Counted from the stretch's first letter, positions 11,421 through 25,315 are shown. The stretch is DNA of 64,000 bases from Octopus bimaculoides (GCF_001194135.2 NC_069000.1:39209720-39273719), one strand, 5' to 3'. Program-made: numbers and translations. The notes: generated by a model not told the origin, from the sequence alone.

Positions 11421-12339
11421 CTAACCAGTTGGGAATTTTCTAAATATTCTGTACGGTTGAGCTTATTTTCTATGTTAGTCCTTTCTGTTTTGCAGCAAGT
11501 GTATATGAATAATAATNNNNNNNNNNNNNNNNNNNNNNNNNNNNNNNNNNNNNNNNNNNNNNNNNNNNNNNNNNNNNNNNNNNNNNNNNNNNNNNNNNNN
11601 NNNNNNNNNNNNNNNNNNNNNNNNNNNNNNNNNNNNNNNNNNNNNNNNNNNNNNNNNNNNNNNNNNNNNNNNNNNNNNNNNNNNNNNNNNNNNNNNNNNN
11701 NNNNNNNNNNNNNNNNNNNNNNNNNNNNNNNNNNNNNNNNNNNNNNNNNNNNNNNNNNNNNNNNNNNNNNNNNNNNNNNNNNNNNNNNNNNNNNNNNNNN
11801 NNNNNNNNNNNNNNNNNNNNNNNNNNNNNNNNNNNNNNNNNNNNNNNNNNNNNNNNNNNNNNNNNNNNNNNNNNNNNNNNNNNNNNNNNNNNNNNNNNNN
11901 NNNNNNNNNNNNNNNNNNNNNNNNNNNNNNNNNNNNNNNNNNNNNNNNNNNNNNNNNNNNNNNNNNNNNNNNNNNNNNNNNNNNNNNNNNNNNNNNNNNN
12001 NNNNNNNNNNNNNNNNNNNNNNNNNNNNNNNNNNNNNNNNNNNNNATATATATATATATACCCGATTCCGTGATGCTTAATCTAGTATGCGTTGTTTCTG
12101 ATTCATTTTGATTATAGAGACACTTTCTTTCTCTGTTATTTTGAAATATCTTTTTTCTTATAATTGTATCTTGGTTTTCTACATTCGACATTTATTTCCT
12201 TCCAAATCTCACCGACAATCGACAATTCACATTTCAGATGATTAATTTCTTTCTGTATTTTGACTTTCTTCTACGCTTGCCTGTTGACATGTCTGTTCAT
12301 TTCTTTTTATATTTTAATTCCAATTTGGTTTCCCAAAGC

Positions 12340-13750
12340 ATTGGCCGTACATCATAAGATGTTACTGATGGTTGTTAGATCAACTTCACCATTTCGCAGT
12401 TTTCCTTTAATTGCTGCAGAAATACAGTTGAAGTTTGTGTTTTCCTTATTGTTTTGAATATTTGGCAGTTGGTCTCGCTACTTCTTTTCAGTGTTTAGAG
12501 TTACATTCAATTCTATAACGATAACTTGCTTGCTACTAGAAAGTCTAAATAACATGCGCTTTACCTTCATTTACTTTAGATGTAAATATATCCGTATAAA
12601 TATATCAGTTTAGATTGAGCGTCGTATATTCTTATCTCTTGTTCACCTATCAACTTAAAATTCTTTTGTTCACCTTCATAACAATATCTGACCACTACCA
12701 CGAAATTGTCAATCTTGGAGATTTATCATATTCTAGAATACCATTGTCTTCTCGTTTGCCATTCCATCTAGATTTTCATTATTTACAGGGTATGATCCGG
12801 AGAGTATTGCGTAACGCTGACATAATATCCAGTGTTTGTGAAGCATCGGATTCTCTTATAGTCTAAGCATATTCTTTTCTGAAGAAAAAAATGTGATTGT
12901 TTTCTCAAAACCTCTAAATATTTATTCACTGTTACATAATTTGTTTCTCTTCTTTTCATTCATTTTGTCTATTTTAAGACGAAGTCTTTGCTCTGATATC
13001 ACAAAACAGTGTTGTGTTTCAAAATTACCAGCTCCACATATCGCCAATTATTCATATTTTTCTTTATTCCCTTCTATTTTGTTCAATTATATCTGGCTTA
13101 TTCTAAGATTTATTGCGGGCACCATCTGGATATGACGATTGGTGGCAACATATGAAAATTAATTTTTGAGACATTTTAACAACGTTGTGTTGTTATTTCC
13201 CAGTTGCCTCATAAAAGTATTTTACTTCAACTATTGTTCGATATTCGTTCGTTTCTTTTAATACAGAACTAATTTTGTATTTTCGAAATGTAGTTCTTTT
13301 TTTTTTTGTATTATTCTCCTTTTAATCTTTACAATACGTTTTTCCTGTCATGCTTTCATGTAGTAGACAGTATATAATAACGTACCCTTTGCAGAATATA
13401 CCACCTGTCTAAACGAATACTTGGAAACATTCATCTCTCCTTGCCTGAGTTTCAGTAGTGTATTCAAAATGCAGTCTTTAAATTTTTGCTTTCCTGTCTG
13501 GTCGTATAAATTTAAACACCGTTTGGGAATAACTATAAATTGTTATTGGGACAGCTGTAGAATCGATGAATATCAGTTTATCTTCTGCACTTAAGTATTT
13601 TCTAGTTTAAGTGCAATGTGTCTATCATATTCGCTTTTATGTTGATGTATGTATTATACACTGTCTCGTTCATTGATTTCTATGTATTTATCGTTGTTTA
13701 GATTCTATTCTATGTGTTTCTTTACCGAAGTGGATATTGTTAATGTTTAT
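12340..13750 (-). mobile_element. Heavily decayed R4/Dong-like LINE remnant (late RT to restriction-like endonuclease region)
   Basis: Fragments DKLIFIDSTAVPITIYSY...DRK, NKPDII and HWILCQRYAI...ENLDGMANEK resemble R4/Dong motifs (AVPVVTYSF; HW.LC..Y...ENE; RPDI). Many stops. Confidence 0.5.
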
Positions 13751-14851
13751 TAATTTTATTCTCTTCAAGTTTTCTCAATTGCATTCCTTTAAAACGAAGA
13801 CCAAATCCAACGCTTAAGAGAAACCATGTAATATCTATAATATCTATAATATTGCTTCAAATGATTTACCATATCTTTTCTCTTTTATTATTTACTTATT
13901 GCAGTCATTGTACTACGGTCATGCTAGTATACGGCTGTGAGGGATTATTTGGACAGATATGCCATTACAATACTTATTTTGTGAAGTCTGCTATTTATTT
14001 TAATTGTCTGTTGGTAGACTGCAAAGTTACGGGTTCGTAAACAATCCAATACCATTGTACGTTTGAGGGAGGATGTAGAGATGAGTGTGGGTGCAATGAT
14101 ATGTGTCTTGGGTAATAAATGAAACGTGTGGAGTGGGCACCTTCGAAGTCACTGATAACAACATTCTTGTGTAACAAAAAAAAACATTTGTAATCTACAA
14201 AAGTATAGATTAACACATCAGATTAGTATATAATTGGTTTTATTATAGCTGAACATAAAAACAAATGTTAATATACATACATACATNNNNNNNNNNNNNN
14301 NNNNNNNNNNNNNNNNNNNNNNNNNNNNNNNNNNNNNNNNNNNNNNNNNNNNNNNNNNNNNNNNNNNNNNNNNNNNNNNNNNNNNNNNNNNNNNNNNNNN
14401 NNNNNNNNNNNNNNNNNNNNNNNNNNNNNNNNNNNNNNNNNNNNNNNNNNNNNNNNNNNNNNNNNNNNNNNNNNNNNNNNNNNNNNNNNNNNNNNNNNNN
14501 NNNNNNNNNNNNNNNNNNNNNNNNNNNNNNNNNNNNNNNNNNNNNNNNNNNNNNNNNNNNNNNNNNNNNNNNNNNNNNNNNNNNNNNNNNNNNNNNNNNN
14601 NNNNNNNNNNNNNNNNNNNNNNNNNNNNNNNNNNNNNNNNNNNNNNNNNNNNNNNNNNNNNNNNNNNNNNNNNNNNNNNNNNNNNNNNNNNNNNNNNNNN
14701 NNNNNNNNNNNNNNNNNNNNNNNNNNNNNNNNNNNNNNNNNNNNNNNNNNNNNNNNNNNNNNNNNNNNNNNNNNNNNNNNNNNNNNNNNNNNNNNNNNNN
14801 NNNNNNNNNNNNNNNNNNNNNNNNNNNNNNNNNNNNNNNNNNNNNNNNNTC

Positions 14852-14884
<33 letters not shown>

Positions 14885-14892
14885 ACTAAAGA

Positions 14893-15070
14893 TATTGCTT
14901 CCAAATTTTGGCAGGAGACCAGCTATTTTGGAGGATGGCTGAACTCGATTTTATGGACCCCAATGCTCAGCTGGTACTTATCGTGTAAGCCGCGAAAGAA
15001 AGAAAAGCAAAGTTGATCTCAATGGAATTTGAACTCGGAATATAAAATGGCGCTAAGTTGTTGCTGATGC
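14893..15070 (-). mobile_element. Highly decayed family A SINE
   Basis: gaccccaatgctcagctggtactt...gcaaagttgatctcaatggaatttgaactc. Confidence 0.55.
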
Positions 15071-16096
15071 GAAAGATATTAAAGCATGATGTTTTGTAGA
15101 ATCTAATATCTTCTTCGATGAATATATGTTTGAATTGTGCATTCCATATCATGGTGGTCTGCACTTTGCGTTTAGTTATGGAAAACCACCAGAAATTTAG
15201 TATTTAAATGGTAGTAACTAGTCTTATCTTTGTCGATGACTAATGTCCAAAACGCAGAAATAACCACGCATTAATTCCTTTGTAACCTCCATATAACAAT
15301 TGAGCGATTTGCCATTCAGATAATTTTTCAAACTCAAGTGTATCATATGATAACCTTTATTCAGACCCATCTGAAGTGTTATGCGATATGACGACCTCTT
15401 TATTGTTTTAATATTTTAACTAACAGAAGCTTGATTTAATGCTCTGTCATCACAGACCAGAAATATGTCTCGCCTAATAAACATTTTGCAATCAACCATA
15501 TCTCTATAAGAAGATATTGAATAAAATTTCTAACTTTAAGGTTAGTTACAACCGGCACCTTAACAATGAAGAAATGAAGATCCGCATCGATGGGCTAGTT
15601 AACATCTAAGTACCAAAAAGTTTACATAAGTCTGATGAAACATGCCCGTTAACCAGGCACACAATTCAAAGTTAATGGCGTACGAAGTTGAAAAGATTTC
15701 AGCCATTCTATAGCGACCAAAATCAAGGAAATGCTACATATAGTTCATCATGAGTTCAATCAGCTTTATTTCAATGTAATTCCTTAGATACATAGATGAG
15801 CGAACTACCTCTGGTTCCATTTCAGTGTACGTAGAACAATAACAGCGTTAATGAGATCAAAGGAAAAACTGTAGAAATATCAGACCACAGGGCTGCAATG
15901 TGTTTGTGTTGTATACTGAGGAGAGAAAAAAAAAGAACATATATAGTGATAAAAGAAAACATCGCGGAAAGTTATCTATCACATCACACAAAAGTATCAT
16001 AACACATACAAAAATAAACAAACAAACAAACAGAAATCACACACATATTTATATGCATGACAACATATATACATATATATTACATGCACCCACATG

Positions 16097-16132
16097 TATC
16101 TCTCTCTTTCTCTCTCTCTCTCTCTCTTTCTT

Positions 16133-16228
<96 letters not shown>
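16097..16228. repeat. (CT)n(TA)n compound microsatellite
   Basis: Direct reading. Confidence 0.97.
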
Positions 16229-16230
<2 letters not shown>

Positions 16231-17057
16231 ACACCTGTACATACTTCATGTAAGCATGGATACATGTATATATACACACACACACACAAATATAAATGTA
16301 GGATGTACTAGATGTGGACGCAAAATTTCTTTGTCAAATTGAACTTATTGAACTCACACATACAAATATACATTTATCTCTCCACCTACCACAGTTATAG
16401 ACAATATGGATACCATATATTTTCAGAGTGAGTGAAGATTTGAAATCCCGAAAGCAATTCATGATAATTTAGTATATAAAAAGAAAATATAACACTTTTC
16501 TGGTGGTTCTCAGGCGTATATGTGTATAAAAACATGGAATCTTTATGAATCTTTCTTGTTACGTGTGATCAGCGTGCAAAAATATTTATCTAAGCACACT
16601 CTAACATAACTGTGTCTTCTAAGAATGAAGGCATATATATGTAAATGCAACTATGCATACATACCAAATATGATGTAACATCAATTTGATTCATTGAATA
16701 GGTCGCAGTTTCGAACTACGAATAATTTGAGATCATAGTTTATATATATATTTTAGTGAAACAACCATTCTGCTTGTGTTTCTGATAAGGGAACTTTTGT
16801 CTTTCAAGTTCCAAAAGCTTTAATTTCAGCACATACACAACTTTAGATAAATCTTAAATGCAGTTTCTATACATTTGCGTTGTCTCGCTGTAAGTACAAT
16901 TGTAAAGACACTGTTACATTGAGAGAAGACTGGGTTAGGAAAAATTCCACGCGGAACTCCAAACTTCCCAGTAGCAGACACACCTCAAAATCTACGCGCA
17001 AGATATACAATTTACACACAAACACATATATATCTACATACAAATACCCGTCCCTAC

Positions 17058-17092
<35 letters not shown>

Positions 17093-17619
17093 TATGTGAA
17101 CCGAATAATTATCATATATTACAGATAAAGTCCTCTATTTACATAATATCGAGGTTCCCTTCATTCTTATGTTGTCTTACTATTACTATTAATATACATA
17201 TATATNNNNNNNNNNNNNNNNNNNNNNNNNNNNNNNNNNNNNNNNNNNNNNNNNNNNNNNNNNNNNNNNNNNNNNNNNNNNNNNNNNNNNNNNNNNNNNN
17301 NNNNNNNNNNNNNNNNNNNNNNNNNNNNNNNNNNNNNNNNNNNNNNNNNNNNNNNNNNNNNNNNNNNNNNNNNNNNNNNNNNNNNNNNNNNNNNNNNNNN
17401 NNNNNNNNNNNNNNNNNNNNNNNNNNNNNNNNNNNNNNNNNNNNNNNNNNNNNNNNNNNNNNNNNNNNNNNNNNNNNNNNNNNNNNNNNNNNNNNNNNNN
17501 NNNNNNNNNNNNNNNNNNNNNNNNNNNNNNNNNNNNNNNNNNNNNNNNNNNNNNNNNNAGAGGGGGAGAGAGAGAGAGAGGGGGAGAGAGAGAGAGAGGA
17601 TGTAATGTCCTCGTCGGGA

Positions 17620-18275
17620 ATTTTAAAATCCGGATATCAACTGGGTTTGTCGATTTTTTATTGAGAGAAAATTTCGCAATATATGGCGATGAACCGTCCA
17701 ATATTGTATCATTTTGATATAAGAAAATGGAGAAGAAATATAGTGGATCCTTATCTATTTTTATTAGTATCATGAAGAAAACATATCAAACAATGTAATA
17801 CGTATAAGATTAAAGGTCTTGGTCTTTCGCTTGGTCTTACGCTTGGTCTTACTCATTATTAGAGAATACAAAACATTTTAGCGTTTTGTTGCTTTAAATT
17901 TAGCCAGCATTTTCTACGGATGAAACAATTATCTCTTGTCACATCCGATATAAACTGACCCCTAATATATGACTTTTAGAGGGTATCCTCATCCAATCCT
18001 CTTCTTATCGTGCCCTCTGAAACTGTGAGGTTCTTTGCAATGCATCTGACTGACTCATCAGGTTATTTTGTTTTATCAATTATTTCTATTTGTTCAAAGT
18101 TATGTGTTCTAATGGCATTAGGACCCTGTGCATGCATCAGGCCCTTTCCAACTTCGACTACGACGGATTGGGTAACTTTCAAGAAGCGAGCTATCCCTAT
18201 ATCACTGCCATGCGCTTTTAAGGCAACGGCTACAGCATGTTGTGTCATTTGCTTAGTGAACCTCATGTTTGACAT
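17620..18275 (-). mobile_element. Decayed Tc1/mariner-superfamily (DD37D/maT-like) transposase, N-terminal part
   Basis: The minus read MTQHAVAVALKAHGSDIGIARFLKVTQSVVVEVGKGL...AIRTHNFEQ...PDESVRCIAKNLTVSEGTIRR matches the HTH region of DD37D-type transposases as I recall them; the sequence is frameshifted downstream. Confidence 0.65.
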
Positions 18276-19590
18276 TATTTATCTAAAACGTAAGCGCATA
18301 AAATATGTTAGAATAGATCTTGAAAGAAATGTACTCAAATAAACTGACGTATCCCTGATATATATATATATATATATATATACAAGCATTTGCGTGCGCG
18401 TGTGTGTCTGTTTGTGTGTATATGTGTGTGTATACATGTTTGTATATCTGTGTGTTTGTATCTTTCCATTTACAACCGAATTCTGAAATATCTTTTAGTA
18501 CCGCGTATTAATTTACTTGTCTAAAGCATTCCCACGCCTTTTATTCCATTAAACTAAAAGCTTCTGTTTACATGTCATGTCTATCAAACGTAATATTCCG
18601 TTTGTACTACGTTGCATGTAGTTATTAAACTTTTTCAAGTTTTCCACCTTTCTCGACAAAAATGCCTGTTAATTTAATTAAAACGTATACTTCGTAATGG
18701 TATTTTCTTAATGTTACAACATAAAAGCCGTCTAACAACTGTTTTAACGTTCTTGTTCAGTAATTATTAAATTCTCGATTGTTCATTTTAATTAGTGCAG
18801 TACACGTAACAGACATATAACATTGTTAGTGGTTAACATATTTCGTAGCCATTGAGGATGAGTTCTATTTTCTCTTTCTCACACAGAAAGTCTTTAAAGA
18901 TTTCTAGGGACATCGTTTCTATTGTAAAAAAAACACTCACAATAGAAAGGAACAGATTATTTTGCTGTTGTGACAATAGTTCTTCGTGTTTTTCTTGTGC
19001 AACAGATTGACTTTATTTTCAATAGGTTTGGTATGACCGTGTAAAAACTATATCTTTCATGACCAACAATATGATTGAAAGACATGTTATGGGAAATCTA
19101 ATTGCTATAATGGCTGTCTTCCACCATCTTCTAATTATCGACAATAAAAAAAAAATATTAATTATTTTCTACTTTATCAAATATTTTATGGTATTAAATT
19201 CAACCTCAACCAAGTATGGCGCCGGGTATTGATTTCACTGACTGCACACAAAATAGCATATCGGGAAATCCTTTTTGGGTAAATCTACTTGTTCAACTAC
19301 ACTGAGAATGTCATTATCGTGCATAGCAAAAGCATCGTCCGGAAAATCATCCTAATACAAAATCGTAACTAATGATTTGTAATGATAATGTGCATCGTCT
19401 AAGCGTATCCAAAGTAGAATAACATACTGGAGATGATGTTTTGAAGGACGACTTTGCATTTTAAGATGACAAATTTTGATGCCATACCTTGATAGAAACC
19501 TCGTAGGAGTACTTAACGTGGTGGTTTGAATGCTCTGCAGCTGATTTAGTACAAAATGTCTGCCAATAAGCATTAACGTGCTTGCGGTAA

Positions 19591-19768
19591 GGAGGCGAGC
19601 TGTCAGAAGCATCAGCATGCCGTTCAAAAGGCTTAGCGGATTTCGTCCCTCTTTACATTCTGAGTTGTAATTCCGCAGAGGACAACATTGTGACAGTTGA
19701 GTACTAGGGACAATGTAACGGACAAGACACTGTCTACTAATTGCTGGCTTTGTGCTAAGATTTGAAAC
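19591..19768 (+). mobile_element. Decayed family A SINE
   Basis: ggaggcgagctgtcagaagcatcagc...ttctgagttgtaattccgc...tgtgctaagatttgaaac. Confidence 0.65.
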
Positions 19769-19809
19769 GAATACAAATACTTGTTTCAATACTTAGCACC
19801 GTACCTGCC

Positions 19810-20158
19810 TTTATTACTGTTTCATTTGTTTCAGTCACTTCACTGGAGCACGGCGGGGGGACAAACACAGACGCAAGCATATACATACATACATACATAC
19901 ATACATACATNNNNNNNNNNNNNNNNNNNNNNNNNNNNNNNNNNNNNNNNNNNNNNNNNNNNNNNNNNNNNNNNNNNNNNNNNNNNNNNNNNNNNNNNNN
20001 NNNNNNTATATATATATATATATATATGCATATATACGACGGGTTTCTTTCAGTTTCCGTCTTCTAAATCCACTCACAAGGCTGTGGTCGGCACGAGGCT
20101 TTGATAGAAGACACTTGCCGGTTGGTAAGCAAGCTACTTACCACAGAGCCACTCCTCT
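19810..20158 (-). mobile_element. Family B SINE spanning an assembly gap in its internal microsatellite
   Basis: Head at about 20158, body at 20030-20120 and tail remnant at 19810-19880 all match 55840-56240 in reverse. Confidence 0.78.
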
Positions 20159-20571
20159 AAAATAATTTCACTCGCACGAGTTTACTATATTTTGGTTAAA
20201 TTGCCTTAAAATCATGTTCATATCTGTAAATTCTCCAAGAGTCTCTATTTACTCTAAGTTGTTGTAACCAAGTAATTAACAGCAAATTCCCCAGCTATTC
20301 GTTTATTATCAATCTGTGCCAGTTGCCGGTAACGGATTTTGTCTCCGTAGAGATACCTAAATTTGGTGTATATTCACGGGAAATTAATTCTGTTGACATG
20401 GCTGTATAGATGAACCTCGGGCATTAGTCCCGCTCGTGCAGTGTTAAACATGTTTGTGTTGTTGCATTAAAATTCATTCGGTTACTTTATGTTCTCCGCT
20501 ACGACACTCTCACTCATTTCTTTTGTAGTGAAATTCAAGCAGCTGGGTTTTTCAATATTCAGGGTTTCGAA

Positions 20572-20866
20572 GGCGATGAGCTGGCAGAGACGTTAGCATA
20601 CCGGGCAAAATGCTTAGCAGTATTTCGTCTGTCTTTACGTTCTGAGTTCGAATTCCGCCGAGGCCGCCTTTGCCTTTCATCCTTTCGGGATAGATAAATT
20701 AAGTACCAGTTGTGTACTAGGTTGAAAGCTCCCTCCACTAAAATTTCGGGCCGTGTGCCTAGAGTAGAAAAGAATATTTAAGGTGGCGAGTTGGCAGAAA
20801 CGTTAGGACGCCGTGCGAAACGCTTAGCGGTATTTCGTCTGTCTTTACGTTCCAAGTTCAAATTCC
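20572..20866 (+). mobile_element. Tandem pair of family A SINEs (full copy 20572-20776 plus 5' half 20782-20866)
   Basis: Two consecutive heads, ggcgatgagctggcagagacg and ggtggcgagttggcagaaacg. Confidence 0.85.
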
Positions 20867-21512
20867 TTTATTGTATTTGAAATTTTCAATTTATAATGCG
20901 GGAATTATCAAATAGAAAAACCCATGTCTCCCTTGTTTCTCCCATAATTCACGCAGAATTCCGTTTATGTTACTTGTACTTTAAGTCTACTATGTTGGAG
21001 CCAAATACAAATATGTGGAAATATCTTGTTTAAACTGGCAGCATATGCATAATCACTTGGAAATAGAAGCAGCACATTTATAACGACAATGATATGCTAA
21101 ATATATATGCATAATATTTAATAACAATTCGTAGCGAAAACTATTTTCATTGATGCATGAATGATAAATAAACATATTTGTTTCTGAAAACCCTTAGGTG
21201 ACAGATATTCGTATATAGGCCACTTCCATTGTTGCTGCATGGATTCTAGCTACGGGCTTATTATTTTCTTGTCGAGACAAAATAGAAATGCAAATCATCC
21301 AAAAAGACAAGTACTGTAAACAGGATTAGCATTAAATGTCTTATATAAGCTTTAACCCTGCTTTATCGTTACACTAATCCCTTAGAAATATAGTATTTCC
21401 CATGAATATTTTGATTAGAATTACTTTCAATATTTTTTAGCAATGTTATTATCATTTCATTGAATACGATACCAATGTGTTTTCTACTTAAAGTCAAATA
21501 TAAAATTATATA

Positions 21513-22806
21513 TCAGGTCATCCCATAAGTTCTGTCCGAATTTTGAATAAAGAAAACAAGTGATCAGATGTTATATTTAATTGAAATTTAATCATCAATT
21601 TATTTTCCGATTATCAATGATTTCCTTCCATCTATTTACAAACTTTTTAATCCCATCAATGTTAAACTCTTTTGGTTTCAAAGCGAAGAACTCTGAAATC
21701 TCAGTTTCGACCTCCTCCCGGCTTGCGAAAGTTATGTCTCCAAAATGATTCTGAAAACTACGAAACAAATGGTGGTCTGAAGGAGGAAGGTCGGGAGAAT
21801 AAGGTGGATGAGGAATTTTTTCCCAACCAAGCTCTTCAATCTTCTGTGATGTGATCTTTGCAATGTGGGGTCATGCATTGTCCTGATGAAACATCACTCC
21901 TTTTCGATTCACTAAAGCGGGTCTTTTTTTCTTCAAAGCTTGGTTCAAATGCTATAAGTGCTAATAGTAGACTTGAATATTCATTGATGCATTAGGTGGT
22001 AAAAATTCAAAGTGAAATATTCCTTTGCAATCCCACCAGAGAGAGAGAGAGAGAAAAAAAAACTTTTTCCCATGAATTTCCTTTCTCGGTTGTGGATGAG
22101 CTTTCTCCCTTTTACCAAGCCACTGTTTACGACGTTTAACATTTCGATAGAAAATCCATTTTTCGTCACCAGTCACAAGTCTATCCAAAGAGGGCGAAAT
22201 GAGTTCGTGAGAAGGGAGAGAAGAGAAGATGCCAACTCGGGATCTGTGGTTGCTTTCGGACAATTCATGAGGAACCCATTTTCCAAGTTTAGGAACCTCT
22301 CGAAGTTGTTGAAGATGAGGATGAACAGTTTTATGATTTGAACTAAGCTTTATTTCCAATTCTTCAACTGATAATGCAGGATTGTCTTCAAGTAATACCT
22401 TAAGGAGCTTATCAACAAACTCAACTGGACTTCCTGTTCGATTTTTATCTTAAGGCTGAAATATCCACTTCTGAATTTTGCAAACCATCTTCTGCAAGTT
22501 CTTTCATTCAAGCATTCCTTCGCATAAACTTAGTGTTTGTTTCGAGTCGCTTCGGCTCCAGAGTTTCCTTTCTTGTACTCATAAAGCATTATGTGCCACA
22601 AATGCTCTTTGGATACTTCCATGTTGGAAAGTGTTTCAATCAAACAAATTTTAATTCTATTATTCTGTAAAATTATATTTTATTAGTTTAAATATACACA
22701 AATGCATAAAAATAATTTTTAATTTCATTAGACATTCTAAAATACTATTAAATTTCATTCAATTTTAAAAAAGGTAAAATCGACCAGAAGTTATGAGATG
22801 ACCAGA
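21513..22806 (-). mobile_element. Full-length (1294 bp) decayed mariner (DD34D) transposon
   Basis: Imperfect TIRs: tcaggtcatcccataagttctgtccga versus reverse complement tctggtcatctcataacttctggtcga. TA dinucleotides flank it at 21511-12 and 22807-08, and it contains a transposase pseudogene. Confidence 0.93.
21588..22622 (-). pseudogene. Mariner transposase pseudogene (stops and frameshifts)
   Basis: N-terminus MEVSKEHLWHIMLYEYKKGN...RTCRRWFAKFRSG; diagnostic WVPHEL, TGDEKW, HQDNA*PH and [16 protein letters not shown] motifs; C-terminus near ...RWKEIIDN. Confidence 0.92.
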
Positions 22807-23717
22807 TAATATAAATAGTAATAGATACAAGTCCTCCAATATAACACCTAGTAAGACACAGCAAATCTTAGAATGAATGGGAAAAATAAACCGATTATAT
22901 GTTAGCAGGAATCGAAGAAAGAGATGTGTAGAAGTCAATCATGGCGAATATTAACGAAGATATTATATATCTAACATGATATAACATTTGCAGAACATAA
23001 CGATGATAGGATTTATGGAAACAGCAGTAAACAATTATTCAAATATTGTAACAATAAAAAATAGTAACTCAGAACAAATGAATAAAAAGTAGAAATGATT
23101 CAATATAAAATCCATAATTGAATTTGATATTAGTTTCCTGATAGACCTAAATATCACAACATCGTTGATTTAGACACCTGTTATAATTTTCCAAGATCAG
23201 TCAGCTAAAAATGAAGACGTAATGAAACGTTAAAAACAGAATAGTTTCAACAGGAAAATAACTCGGAACTAAATTAACTGATGAAAATGAGATGCGCTGA
23301 GGTAATAAAATAATTTTTAAATATTTTTAAAAAATGAAAAAACATAATGAGCTGATATCATGAAGGAATATTTACGAATGCTAAGTTTTTGTTTTCTGTT
23401 ATCATTTAAGTTTCCCTGATTTTGTTCCCAAGTGAAAAGTGTATGAAGAGAGATTTCTGGAAAAAAAATAGACACTAGCTTAGGGAAATATTGAAACAAA
23501 ATTAACATTAAATTGCATTTTAATTTCATGATTACTAAGTTTTCATATAATCCTACTGAAATTAGATATGTTCGTATAGTTTTTCGCTTTCATGTTAAAT
23601 TCGCTCAAGTTAGTATGCGTTTATATCTATCTATCTATCTATCTTTCATCGTACGCACAATCACACGTACGCACATACAGAGACGTAAATACACGCATAC
23701 ACACACACACACATACA

Positions 23718-23748
<31 letters not shown>

Positions 23749-23868
23749 GTTTGCATACGTATCACAGCATGGTTCATCTCCCGATTATTAAAAAAGCTAT
23801 GGGCGTAGAAGACTTTCATGTCATGAAATGTTCGGAAGCACCTGCAACATACACTCTTCGGTCATGCA

Positions 23869-23908
<40 letters not shown>

Positions 23909-24129
23909 NNNNNNNNNNNNNNNNNNNNNNNNNNNNNNNNNNNNNNNNNNNNNNNNNNNNNNNNNNNNNNNNNNNNNNNNNNNNNNNNNNNNNNNNNNNN
24001 NNNNNNNNNNNNNNNNNNNNNNNNNNNNNNNNNNNNNNNNNNNNNNNNNNNNTAATACAAGGAATATGTATGCATGTATACACACGTATATGCACATACT
24101 TACATCTACATGTGTATATAGATGCTTAT

Positions 24130-24450
24130 CAGGGTTCAGGACGTTAGAAAAATGAACTACAGACAACGGAACGAACGCATAGGTCAACAGATAGTCACTT
24201 GGAATTAATCCTTCGTCAGCTGCCTCTATTCTAACTAGACGTTTCGAAGATAAGGCAGATTGTACTCTAGAATAGTGTCTTCCTGAGTAGTGGATCGACC
24301 CACTAAACAGAGGATTCCAAGGTGGCAAACACAAACCAAGACAGGAAAAAATGGACGGTGAAAACAACATTAAAAAGCCGTACGGCCAAACGGGAATCTG
24401 GTATTGAACGCTAGGGATATGACGAGGCTGGACGGAGAAAAAACAGTTCG
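24130..24450. mobile_element. Possible Penelope-like terminal-repeat relative
   Basis: The minus strand has GAAACGTC and CTGACGAAG hammerhead half-motifs. The plus segment aaccaagacagg...gtgaaaacaac...gaacgctaggga loosely resembles the reverse complement of the 47460-47545 repeat tail. Confidence 0.3.
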
Positions 24451-24777
24451 TTGGTTTCGTTGGTGTTATTGATGCTATCGCTTGCAATGGTGCTGCTGCT
24501 GGTTCTATTTGTGTCTCTGCTGCTGCTACTATATGTTTATATGTTGTAGTGTATACGTGTATATGCGCACGTGTGGATTATAAACTGTCTCATACACACA
24601 CACGCACGCACATACACACACGCGCGCGCGCGCACGCACACACACACACACACACATACATATACACATATATATATATATATATATATATATGCATATA
24701 TGGATATATATGTGTATAGTAGTAATACATACTTGTATATTTGTAATTTATACATGGATATATAGAATGTGTACACG

Positions 24778-24809
<32 letters not shown>

Positions 24810-25315
24810 NNNNNNNNNNNNNNNNNNNNNNNNNNNNNNNNNNNNNNNNNNNNNNNNNNNNNNNNNNNNNNNNNNNNNNNNNNNNNNNNNNNNNNNNNNN
24901 NNNNNNNNNNNNNNNNNNNNNNNNNNNNNNNNNNNNNNNNNNNNNNNNNNNNNNNNNNNNNNNNNNNNNNNNNNNNNNNNNNNNNNNNNNNNNNNNNNNN
25001 NNNNNNNNNNNNNNNNNNNNNNNNNNNNNNNNNNNNNNNNNNNNNNNNNNNNNNNNNNNNNNNNNNNNNNNNNNNNNNNNNNNNNNNNNNNNNNNNNNNN
25101 NNNNNNNNNNNNNNNNNNNNNNNNNNNNNNNNNNNNNNNNNNNNNNNNNNNNNNNNNNNNNNNNNNNNNNNNNNNNNNNNNNNNNNNNNNNNNNNNNNNN
25201 NNNNNNNNNNNNNNNNNNNNNNNNNNNNNNNNNNNNNNNNNNNNNNNNNNNNNNNNNNNNNNNNNNNNNNNNNNNNNNNNNNNNNNNNNNNNNNNNNNNN
25301 NNNNNNNNNNNNNNN

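Noticed and set aside
10573-12191. Long ORFs containing X runs (also at 14.3, 17.2, 24.6, 39.4, 45.4, 61.7 and 62.6 kb)
   Set aside because: Their length comes from N gaps and (TA)n YIYI repeats.
18010-18342. 110-aa plus-strand ORF
   Set aside because: Antisense shadow of the decayed DD37D transposase on the minus strand.
24195-24290. Intact type II hammerhead ribozyme on the minus strand (GAAACGTC ... CTGACGA)
   Set aside because: Both core halves are present, but helix I does not pair (U-G then A-A) and helix II gives only about 3 bp; at most decayed tandem motifs.
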